A DNA stretch of 19,269 bases from Candidatus Thorarchaeota archaeon (lineage in GTDB: Archaea > Asgardarchaeota > Thorarchaeia > Thorarchaeales > Thorarchaeaceae), in NCBI GenBank assembly GCA_048882325.1, contig JBHLRS010000051.1, forward strand, positions 1 through 19,269, given 5' to 3'. Positions 1 through 8,076 of this stretch are shown here, in pieces. A program made the translations under genes and the position numbers. Position 1 is the stretch's first letter, and the number at the start of each line of letters is the position of its first letter. Below the pieces are notes generated by a model. The model searched no databases, was not told where the DNA came from, and saw only the letters and a program-made list of their open reading frames with translations.

Positions 1-1902
1 CCCGTATTCCAATGCCTCTAGGACTTGTTCTCTCGTGAGTTGAGTTGCAGAGTGGTCTGAGAGACCTTTGAAGATGCTTATCATGATATCTTGAGGGTAG
101 ATGTTTAGACTTGCAAGTCGATGAAAACAGCTGAGAGATCCAAGATTCTTTTTCATCGCAAGGGCTAGTGTCTTGAGATATTCAGGAACTATGAAGTCAA
201 TATATTGATTGTCGCTGAAAAGAAACGGCGGAAGGACCGTTAGAGTCACAGCGAGTGATAGGGACCAGAACTCTACGTTGAACCTAATTCTTGGATTTTT
301 GAACTCAATCTCCGCCGCTACACTATAAGGATCTTTTAGAAAATCGTTCATGACTCTAAAAGCAGGCACTGAGAACGCAAGATACTCTTCAGGGAGGAAC
401 ACATCTATCACATTGAAGCGGCGCATTCCTGAAAGAGTCATTCTTTCAATCAAGTCTTCCTTCCTGCTTACAATCATGAATTTCAGCATCTTCTCAGCAA
501 TTTCACGGATTTTCGCCCGTTCCTCTTCACTAAGTTTCAAGCTACTGTTCTTACTCATGAGATGCAGTTTGAAGTATGCTCGCTTCACAGCTGAGAGCCA
601 GCGTCGGACAGTCTTTTTATCTACATGTCTCCTTTCAAACAGGTCCCAATGAAGGACCCTGGATTGGAGATAGGACTCGTATCCTCGTCGCTCAATTTGA
701 ACAAGGTCTCTTTCTATCATTCGCAGTGATTGCTCTGCAATGGTCATAGGTTGAAATTCTGCATTGGTTTCGACGATCACATCTAGAAGATTCACAATTC
801 TATCATGTTCATTAATAGACTTCTCAAAGGCCTCCTTGAGTAAGTTCAGAATTCTCAACCAATTAGCTACTCGAGTGATATGCTTCTTGGCTTTTTTCTT
901 CTCGATCATCTCCTTCTGTAGAGATGTGACTAGGTCGATTACATGTTTCCTACTTTTTGATGAGAGAAAAGCAATAACTATGTTTGACTCGAGGATTTCG
1001 ACAACTCTGTGAATTGGCACTTTGAACGCTTTAAGGAGTCTCTGAGTTCCTTTCTTTCCTTCCTCAGCGGTAGTTGTTATGATGAACGCTACAATTTCAT
1101 TCAGTAGAGGCGTTGTCAGAATGGTTTCAGTTTCATGCTTCTTTCTCGTTTCGATAATGTTGAACAACTCAATAGCACGTTCAAACGCGTTTGATGTTGC
1201 TTTTGCTGTGTCTTGAAACTCCTTTGCTAGTGACCTCCACAGTTTTGCTCTTGTCTGCAATTTCTTGGCTTCTTTTGAATCAGCTAGCTTGGAGTGCAAG
1301 AAGTTTACAAATTCATTGAATTTCTCGATATCATCAATCGTAAGGAACATTGGAATTAGGTTCATTTCCAACGCATGGACAATCTTGCTGTAGGTAAATG
1401 TGAGTGAACTCAACAAGGACGAGAGGCCCTCGAACTCAAATGCGAGGACTCTCTCCATCACAGCATTTTCAATGGCACTACTGAAAAAGATCCTACTTGT
1501 TGTGTCGTTTGATATTAATGCTAGAGACCTTGCGGAGAGACCTTCGACATATGCGATGAACTCTGTTGTCGTCATTTTGCCATCTTGATATCGAAGCATC
1601 ACGGTCGTAATTGATTGTCTATCCTCAAGAAGACGGCATTCATCTGCGATGAGTTTGAAATCGATGCTCTTGTCCAGTTTTGATGCTTTCTTGTGACACT
1701 CTTTAGCTTCGTCATGTTTCCCCCATTTTTCATAGATCTTACTCAGATATGCCCATGATTGTGCATGGTTAGGTGCAAGCTTGACAGCTTTCTGAAATGC
1801 GACCTCTGCTTTTTCTAGGAAATCTCGCTTGACGTATGAATAACCTAGCTTGAAGAAGTTCGCAGCTTCGAATTGCCGCCGTTTCTCGTCCGTCGATAAC
1901 AC
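1..1902 (-). CDS. Large alpha-helical protein with N-terminal TPR motifs (partial, >=634 aa, 3' end runs off the window)
   Basis: My manual translation of the minus strand is open from GTG at 1902 to base 1 (MLSTDEKRRQFEAANFFKLGYSYVKRDFLEKAEVAFQKAVKLAPNHAQSWAYLSKIYEKMGKHDEAKECHKKASKLD...EQVLEALEYG). The first ~80 aa match the TPR consensus twice (LG.....A...F.KA..L.P; W..L...Y..MG..DEA..C..KA..LD). It is absent from the ORF track because no stop lies inside the window. The + strand ORFs at 350-1588 are its antisense shadows. Confidence 0.85.
   Translation of the reverse strand, partial: MLSTDEKRRQFEAANFFKLGYSYVKRDFLEKAEVAFQKAVKLAPNHAQSWAYLSKIYEKWGKHDEAKECHKKASKLDKSIDFKLIADECRLLEDRQSITTVMLRYQDGKMTTTEFIAYVEGLSARSLALISNDTTSRIFFSSAIENAVMERVLAFEFEGLSSLLSSLTFTYSKIVHALEMNLIPMFLTIDDIEKFNEFVNFLHSKLADSKEAKKLQTRAKLWRSLAKEFQDTAKATSNAFERAIELFNIIETRKKHETETILTTPLLNEIVAFIITTTAEEGKKGTQRLLKAFKVPIHRVVEILESNIVIAFLSSKSRKHVIDLVTSLQKEMIEKKKAKKHITRVANWLRILNLLKEAFEKSINEHDRIVNLLDVIVETNAEFQPMTIAEQSLRMIERDLVQIERRGYESYLQSRVLHWDLFERRHVDKKTVRRWLSAVKRAYFKLHLMSKNSSLKLSEEERAKIREIAEKMLKFMIVSRKEDLIERMTLSGMRRFNVIDVFLPEEYLAFSVPAFRVMNDFLKDPYSVAAEIEFKNPRIRFNVEFWSLSLAVTLTVLPPFLFSDNQYIDFIVPEYLKTLALAMKKNLGSLSCFHRLASLNIYPQDIMISIFKGLSDHSATQLTREQVLEALEYG
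799..1371 (-). repeat. Internal protein repeat in the TPR protein: two ungapped ~65-aa copies, 126 aa apart (1371-1177 and 993-799)
   Basis: LEMNLIPMFL-24aa-AKKLQTRAKLW-..N.FER aligns without gaps to LESNIVIAFL-24aa-AKKHITRVANW-..N.HDR, with 16/65 identities by manual count and a matching hydrophobic pattern. Confidence 0.7.
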
Positions 1903-1930
1903 CCCAACCCAAGATAGAACTAGTACACCT

Positions 1931-1942
1931 TCATATATATGA
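1931..1942. promoter_or_regulatory. Palindromic TATA element TCATATATATGA, candidate bidirectional promoter
   Basis: Perfect 12-bp palindrome in the 66-bp gap between divergent genes, about 29 nt from GTG 1902 and 27 nt from ATG 1969. This spacing fits archaeal TATA-to-start distances for leaderless transcripts. Confidence 0.55.
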
Positions 1943-1968
1943 TTCTTTGACTAGAATAAAATCGAAGG

Positions 1969-2205
1969 ATGCAAATGTCTGGATATCGATTTTCAACTGA
2001 ACGTCTTGAGCGCACGGATGACCTGACTGGAAAACATGAATTTTGGATTGGAGAAGTTCAAGGTAGAACTGTCACAATTCATTTTGGAAAAGTGGGTACT
2101 CAGGGACACCGCGCGTCACGTGAGTTCAAGACACATAATCTTGCAAAAGAGTTCCTGATTAAACGTCAGGAACATAAACTGAGGGAAGGGTATCATAGCG
2201 TGTGA
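1969..2205 (+). CDS. Stand-alone WGR domain protein
   Basis: FWIGEVQGRTVTIHFGKVGTQG...F.....A...L......KLREGY matches the WGR pattern (KFW...V...[WF]G[RK]xG..G...K..KGY). 78 aa; the start could be ATG 1975. Confidence 0.85.
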   Translation: MQMSGYRFSTERLERTDDLTGKHEFWIGEVQGRTVTIHFGKVGTQGHRASREFKTHNLAKEFLIKRQEHKLREGYHSV

Positions 2206-3836
2206 TCCAACGTTCTCCTCAAAACTCTTCCTGGAAGATCATCCAGTTGTCTATCATCTGAAACAACAAGAGTGCCATTGACTAGAACGTAGGAAATTCC
2301 TGTGGGAAATTGATGTGGATCAAGAAATGTAGCATTGTCAATAATGGTGTCAGGATTGAAAATCACAATATCCGCCCAGTTATCCTCTCGAAGTAGTCCT
2401 CTATCCTTGAGATTGAGTCGACTTGCAGGGTATCCAGTCATCTTATAGATGGCTTCCTCCAAACTTAGAAGTCCTTTTTCACGGACATATCTACCCAATA
2501 TTCGTGGATATGTTCCGTAGTGTCGGGGATGTGGTCTTCCATGACTCAGGATCCCTGTTGGAGCGACTCCTCCACCATCAGTACCAATCATAGTAAATTC
2601 AGATGTCATGATGCGTTCAATGTCTTCCTGTCCCATGCTCTCCATGGTCATCATAACTTCTGCTTTCTCATCCAAGAGCATTTCAAAAAGAACTGAGAAT
2701 TCATCAGGATAATCACGCGCTCGGGCTATCTCCGTAATGCTTAGTCCTTCAATGTCTTTCCATTTCTTGGTCTTTACTGAAGATATGAATATCTTGTCCC
2801 ATCCTGCTTCTTCGACTATATTCTCCCAACCTCTCTCCCTCTCTATCTCATCTCTAATTCTTGACTGATGTTCCTTCATATGGATCCTTTTGAGAAGTTC
2901 ATCAACACCCCCCTCGTGTACCCAAGGGGGAAGGAGAGAGATCAATGATGTACTCCCTCTATTGTAAGGGTACTGATCACATGTTACATTGATTCCCCTT
3001 GCATTAGCATCAGCTAAGAGTTGCAGAGTTTTTTTGCTCATCCCCCAAAACGATTTACCAGCGACTTTATGATGAGCAATCTGCCCTCCTACACAACCAG
3101 ACCCCTCAACAATATCAATTACTTCTTGAACTGCCTTTACAACGGTGGCACCTTCACCTCTAATGTGCGAAAAGTATAGTCCACCATTTTCCCCGACAAC
3201 CTTGGCAACTTCGATGATTTCATCTGTCGATGCATAAACCTGAGGTGGATAAATGAGTCCGGTACTCATTCCAAACGCACCCGATTCCATAGCTTCGGAC
3301 GCATAGCTCTTCATTGCATCAAATTCATCCGAATTAGGTGCTCTATCTTCATAAGCTGGACCACCTGCTATCCTAATTGCGCCATACCCCACGAGTGGAA
3401 CGATATTTGATGATAGCTTTGTTTTCTCCAGTGCGGATAGGTATTCACCAAAGGATCGCCAAGTAATATCAAATGACGCGCCAGGAGGTGAGAAAATGTC
3501 AAACTCCTTTTTTATTAAATCAATCCGCTCTTTATTCACAGGTGCAAGAGAAAATCCACAACTTCCAACAACTGACGTAGTTATACCCTGTCTGAGAGTG
3601 GATTCAAGACGATTGCTAAAAGGCAGAGCTGTATCGGAATGACTGTGCATATCAATGAAACCAGGACACACAACTAGATCCTGACCATCTATGGTGATAT
3701 CGACATTCTGATCTAGTTCTGTTCCAATTTCTCTGATTCTTCCATCTCTTACTAGTAGGTCTGCAAAGTAAGGTTCCACACCAGTCCCATCAACCAGTTT
3801 TCCATTCTTGATTAGGATATCAGATTCCTTCGCCAT
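2193..3836 (-). CDS. N-acyl-D-amino-acid deacylase (D-aminoacylase, amidohydrolase superfamily)
   Basis: Motifs DILIKNGKLVDGTG, PGFIDMHSHSD (metal-binding HxH), GITTSVVGSCG, GAFGMSTGLIYPP, SHIRGEG, CDQYPY, IGTDGG, PHPRHYGTYPRILGRYVRE, ADIVIFNP. Confidence 0.93.
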   Translation of the reverse strand: MAKESDILIKNGKLVDGTGVEPYFADLLVRDGRIREIGTELDQNVDITIDGQDLVVCPGFIDMHSHSDTALPFSNRLESTLRQGITTSVVGSCGFSLAPVNKERIDLIKKEFDIFSPPGASFDITWRSFGEYLSALEKTKLSSNIVPLVGYGAIRIAGGPAYEDRAPNSDEFDAMKSYASEAMESGAFGMSTGLIYPPQVYASTDEIIEVAKVVGENGGLYFSHIRGEGATVVKAVQEVIDIVEGSGCVGGQIAHHKVAGKSFWGMSKKTLQLLADANARGINVTCDQYPYNRGSTSLISLLPPWVHEGGVDELLKRIHMKEHQSRIRDEIERERGWENIVEEAGWDKIFISSVKTKKWKDIEGLSITEIARARDYPDEFSVLFEMLLDEKAEVMMTMESMGQEDIERIMTSEFTMIGTDGGGVAPTGILSHGRPHPRHYGTYPRILGRYVREKGLLSLEEAIYKMTGYPASRLNLKDRGLLREDNWADIVIFNPDTIIDNATFLDPHQFPTGISYVLVNGTLVVSDDRQLDDLPGRVLRRTLDHTL

Positions 3837-3842
3837 GACGCA

Positions 3843-4295
3843 TTACTCTCCAAGTAACTCTCGAAGCCTGTCAGGATAGAGAGGCAAACCCTCGCGATCT
3901 ATATCTTCTAAAGTCTTCCAATATGCTTGTATCGGAAGAGGAGGATCAGTTTCAGTTTCAAGACCTTCTATGACCTCTCTACTATAGAACGATTTGTCCG
4001 CAAAATCTGCTTCAAAGACAAGAACAATTTCATGTCCTATATCATCTTCAGTATCAAATAGTTCGTATATGTTTTCGATAGTTCCCAAAAAACGTATGTT
4101 CTCGATTTTGGCTCCTATCTCTTCCTTCACTTCTCTCTGAATTGTATCCTTCCCATATTCTCCGTATTGAATCTGACCACCCAGCGGGATATAGAAAATG
4201 TCCTTCTCTGTGGGCCACCTTGCGTACTCCACTAGAATCCTTGAGTCATTCCTGATTACGCAAATTGCCTTTGGTCTGATTAATCGTTGGTTCAT
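3843..4295 (-). CDS. Nudix hydrolase
   Basis: Nudix box GGQIQYGEYGKDTIQREVKEEIG (Gx5Ex7REUxEExG). SD GGTGAGG lies 4 nt before the ATG. It sits 6 nt upstream of the deacylase, so the two are probably co-transcribed. Confidence 0.92.
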   Translation of the reverse strand: MNQRLIRPKAICVIRNDSRILVEYARWPTEKDIFYIPLGGQIQYGEYGKDTIQREVKEEIGAKIENIRFLGTIENIYELFDTEDDIGHEIVLVFEADFADKSFYSREVIEGLETETDPPLPIQAYWKTLEDIDREGLPLYPDRLRELLGE

Positions 4296-4401
4296 ACTTC
4301 CTCACCAAGAAGATGCAGTGTGAGTGAATAGAATTCTATCTTAAATCATCGGATTATTTCTCACTTCGGAAAAGTGAAAAGACTGTCAGGGAGGTGGTGA
4401 A

Positions 4402-5610
4402 TTGATCGAAATGTATGAGATACGAGAGGCAAAAGATGAAGACAGGCATTCTGCAATCCGTCTTCTTTGGAAAGCACATAGTGTCACCGATGACCTTGAA
4501 GAAATCCGCGAAAAAGATTGGGCCAAAGGATGGCATAGCCCTTCAAAGAAAGATTGGTCATACGTAGCAATGGATGACAAGGAGGTTGTAGCAAATGTTT
4601 CATTCTTCGAGGATCGAGAGAATATTATTCGCGGGAAATCCATCCCATTCTCTGCTGTGTGGGGAGTAGGCACTCTTCCTCAACACAGACGAAAGGGTTT
4701 GATTCGAAAACTCTTCGTTGAATCTTTCAAAAGCATGAGAGAGAAGGACATAAGTCTATCAATTCTTGCTCCATTCTACAAGGCTTATTATGAGAAATTT
4801 GGTTACGCTTTAGCAGAATATCGCGTTAAGCACGAGTTTCCTAGGACTCTTCTTCGAATCATTAAGGGTAATGACCAAATCACAAATAGAGAACTTATTG
4901 ACAAAAGTGAAGCGAAGGTCGCTCAAGAGATGCAAGCCTCAATGAGTCGCTATGGCTCAAGAAATTTCCATACAATCTCAACATTGGAACGATTGATAGA
5001 GCAAAATCACTTTCACATCTTTGAAAGTAGCGGAAATCCTGTGGGCACAGTAAAATTCCACTTTAATCAGGTGAAAGAAGACCACCTTGACCTGTCGGTG
5101 TATGCAACAACGTGTACCTCGCTCGATATTTTCCCATCCATAGTTGAACTTGTGGGACAATACGCTGCCAATGCAACAACGATACGGTGGTATTGCGATC
5201 CTCAACTACCTGTGCGTTATTACATGGACGACTTACAACACTGGAATACGATTGATTGGGGCGGTATGATGATGCGAGTGGTTGATTTGGAAACATATTG
5301 TCAATCAATTGAAGTTTCCAAAGAAGCTACCGAATCAGTAATTATACGACTGAGTGATGACATGTGTCCGTGGAATCAAGGCACATTTAAACTCACACCA
5401 GTAAATAGCGCTCTTGAAATAGAGCGACTTGAGGGTTCAACTGAGCCAGATATTTCTCTAAATGCCCTAGCCCTCTCAAATGTAATTGGAGGACTTCACC
5501 CAGCCACATCACTTCGTAGTCTTGGGATGATCAACTGTCCTGACCTTGTTGCTCAGAATCTGGAGGCTATATTCCCCGCTGATTCTTTCGTTTCCTATCA
5601 ACGATTCTGA
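4402..5610 (+). CDS. Eis-like GNAT acetyltransferase (tandem GNAT plus SCP2-like C-terminus)
   Basis: Acetyl-CoA motif VWGVGTLPQHRRKGLIRKL, SILAPF..AYYEKFGY, MMRVVDLE, and the C-terminal LSDDMCPWNQGTFKL typical of the Eis family. SD GGAGGTGGTGA is upstream; the start is TTG 4402 or ATG 4411. Confidence 0.88.
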   Translation: MIEMYEIREAKDEDRHSAIRLLWKAHSVTDDLEEIREKDWAKGWHSPSKKDWSYVAMDDKEVVANVSFFEDRENIIRGKSIPFSAVWGVGTLPQHRRKGLIRKLFVESFKSMREKDISLSILAPFYKAYYEKFGYALAEYRVKHEFPRTLLRIIKGNDQITNRELIDKSEAKVAQEMQASMSRYGSRNFHTISTLERLIEQNHFHIFESSGNPVGTVKFHFNQVKEDHLDLSVYATTCTSLDIFPSIVELVGQYAANATTIRWYCDPQLPVRYYMDDLQHWNTIDWGGMMMRVVDLETYCQSIEVSKEATESVIIRLSDDMCPWNQGTFKLTPVNSALEIERLEGSTEPDISLNALALSNVIGGLHPATSLRSLGMINCPDLVAQNLEAIFPADSFVSYQRF

Positions 5611-5614
5611 TTGT

Positions 5615-6565
5615 CTAAGCCTTCTTCTCTTTCTCATAGGGTACCGCTATTCCCTTTGGCGGGACTGATCTACGTATTCCTGCAAGAGCCACGATTACTA
5701 GAGCATAGGGAATTATCTTCACGAGATTTGTCAATGTGACAAGCTCAGGTAATAGGATTGGAAAAACAAACTGCAAGCCAGTTACAAAACCAAAGAAAAG
5801 TCCTGCAAGGAAGCAGCCAATAGGGGTCCAATTCCCAAAGATGAGGGCTGCTAATGCGATGAAACCCTTACCTGCAGTCATTCCTTTTCCGAAAGCATTC
5901 TCAAAACCGATGCTTAGGTAAGCGCCACCTAGACCTGCAAGAGCACCACTTATGACAACTCCAATCACGCGTGTCCACTCAACACTTACTCCCGCAGCAT
6001 CTAAAGTACTAGGATCTTCTCCTGCTGCTCTTATTCTGAGACCGAATGGAGTTCGATAGAGAACATACCAGCTCAAAGCTGTTATAATGAACATATAGTA
6101 GATTATCGGGGAGAGAGAACCAAAAGCAGTGCCAATCAATGGTACGCCTTGTATCTGAGGGATGACTACCTCAGGAATTCTTGTAACAGAATCAGAAAGA
6201 CCCTGTTTTCCCCAAACAACTTGCAAGCCCAGTGTTGTTGATCCCATTCCAAAGAGGATGATTCCGGTTCCACTCACAATGTGGTTTCCTTTAAACTTGA
6301 CACAGACTAACGCATGTGCTGCAGCGAGAGTTCCCCCAGCAATCATTGCTATTATCAGCCCAATCCAAGGGCTTCCTGTATAATATGTACCAGCTACAGC
6401 TGAGAAAGCGCCTACAAGCATCATACCTTCAAGACCTATGTTTACGACTCCAGTGCGTTCTGAGAACATTCCACCTAAAGCGGTCAAAACAAGGGGCGTT
6501 GCCATCTGCAAGGTAGCTTTCAGTAACCAACCCATTAGCTCCAGCATTGGGTCTCCTGTCTGCAT
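5615..6565 (-). CDS. Nucleoside/sugar (CUT2/Nup-type) ABC transporter permease 2
   Basis: ATPLVLTALGGMFSERTGVVNIGLEGMML, RTPFGLRIRAAGEDP, GKGFIALAALIFGNW, IPY. The start overlaps the upstream stop (TGATG at 6565). Confidence 0.93.
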   Translation of the reverse strand: MQTGDPMLELMGWLLKATLQMATPLVLTALGGMFSERTGVVNIGLEGMMLVGAFSAVAGTYYTGSPWIGLIIAMIAGGTLAAAHALVCVKFKGNHIVSGTGIILFGMGSTTLGLQVVWGKQGLSDSVTRIPEVVIPQIQGVPLIGTAFGSLSPIIYYMFIITALSWYVLYRTPFGLRIRAAGEDPSTLDAAGVSVEWTRVIGVVISGALAGLGGAYLSIGFENAFGKGMTAGKGFIALAALIFGNWTPIGCFLAGLFFGFVTGLQFVFPILLPELVTLTNLVKIIPYALVIVALAGIRRSVPPKGIAVPYEKEKKA

Positions 6566-8076
6566 CAGCCTTCACCTCCCGACTCATAAAGATCTTCTGG
6601 AAAGATCCTCGAACCTACAACGACTAGCAAGATGATAGTTATACCAAACACTAGACTCTGACCAACGATAACCATAACTCCTGCAACAATTCCCATTGCA
6701 GCAATGAGAAGCCATTCAATAGCTGCAAAAACAACAAGAATCACTCCCCGTCGACTTCTCGATGCGAGTTCAACAAGTGCAAACATACTGATAAGACTCG
6801 TTAAGAATAATAATAGCGCAATAGAACCTCCAGAGTTAGAAACGCTCGCATCCAACAATGAAGCATATGAACCAAAGAGTGTAAGACAGAAGATTGCTGA
6901 TGTTCCCGCCATACCCGTTGTAAACAGGTGGATAAATGCAGGAACACGATCTGTCCTCAGCCAGATAGCATAATCACTCCCTCTTTTTGCTAACCAGTCT
7001 ATTGCTTTTGGTGCTGCAATAAATAGAACAATCAGACCCTGAATAACTCGGACCATCTCCAAGGGAATCCCTGCAATTCGCTGCATCTGGATTCCACCTG
7101 TTCTGAGAGCACCAAAGAATATTGCTGCAGCTAGAACACCCCATGGATTATTGTTACCCAGCACAGCTACAGTTATCCCATCCCAACCAAGCCCAACTGA
7201 CCAGTTGTCTTGGAAAAGATGGTGGTAACCGAGAATCTCTCCTGATCCTCCCATTCCCGCTAAAGCTCCTGCAATGCCAAGAGCCAACGCGATATTCTTT
7301 TTGGGATTTATCCCAGCAGTTTCTGCTGCATCTTTATTCTGTCCCACAGCACGCATTTCATACCCGAGGACAGTTCGGTTGATTAAGTAATCAACTGCAA
7401 TCACAGCTAAAATGGCTACGATAAAGCTTGCATTTAGGAAGTAACCCACAAGTTTAGGCAACTCTGCAGTGGCTAATATTTCGGGAGTCCGATCAAGTGC
7501 TTGAGAGGTATCTTTCAGAGGATATGTAACTAACCATGCTGTGAACAGTATTGCTGAGTATGACATCATCATTGTAGTGACTACTTCATGTGTACCTCTA
7601 TATGCCTTTAATATTCCAGGAAGCAATCCATATAGAAATCCAGCAAACGCTCCGAAAAGTAGTGCTGTGATTTGGTGAATCACAATTGGCAGTGAAAACA
7701 TATACCCTATAATAGCTGCAGCCATTGCACCCATGTAGAGTTGCCCTTCTGGTCCTATGTTGAAAAGACCACACTTGAAAGCCAAAGCTACCGAGAGCCC
7801 TGTAAAGACAAGTGGTGTAGCAAAGAATAGAACCCTGTCAAATTGAGTAATGGCGCCATAGAGAAGAGTTAGAAATCCAAGTCCAACATTGTATCCTGTC
7901 ATCACCATTACTAACGCACCTACCACTAGTGCTAATATAATGGAACCAGTCGCCCAAATTGCAGTTTTATGAAACGAAGGATCAGATAATTTCTCAATCA
8001 TGTTATCATAGAAAAACCTCAGATCGAATTTGCCCTGTTCATCTGCATACTCTTCCTCAATTCTCTCCTCACTCAT
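6565..8076 (-). CDS. Nucleoside ABC transporter permease 1 with extra C-terminal TM region
   Basis: ATPLVFTGLSVALAFKCGLFNIGPEGQ, HEVVTTMM, GYEMRAVGQN..AA..AGI, GWDGITVAVLG. About 140 additional hydrophobic residues follow IIQG/VIQGLIVLF. ATGA overlap with the ATPase stop. Confidence 0.92.
   Translation of the reverse strand: MSEERIEEEYADEQGKFDLRFFYDNMIEKLSDPSFHKTAIWATGSIILALVVGALVMVMTGYNVGLGFLTLLYGAITQFDRVLFFATPLVFTGLSVALAFKCGLFNIGPEGQLYMGAMAAAIIGYMFSLPIVIHQITALLFGAFAGFLYGLLPGILKAYRGTHEVVTTMMMSYSAILFTAWLVTYPLKDTSQALDRTPEILATAELPKLVGYFLNASFIVAILAVIAVDYLINRTVLGYEMRAVGQNKDAAETAGINPKKNIALALGIAGALAGMGGSGEILGYHHLFQDNWSVGLGWDGITVAVLGNNNPWGVLAAAIFFGALRTGGIQMQRIAGIPLEMVRVIQGLIVLFIAAPKAIDWLAKRGSDYAIWLRTDRVPAFIHLFTTGMAGTSAIFCLTLFGSYASLLDASVSNSGGSIALLLFLTSLISMFALVELASRSRRGVILVVFAAIEWLLIAAMGIVAGVMVIVGQSLVFGITIILLVVVGSRIFPEDLYESGGEG

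Noticed and set aside
350-1588. Three + strand ORFs (350-652, 764-1012, 1400-1588)
   Set aside because: They are antisense shadows of the continuous minus-strand TPR-protein frame, with Ser/Ile/Phe-rich non-protein-like composition.
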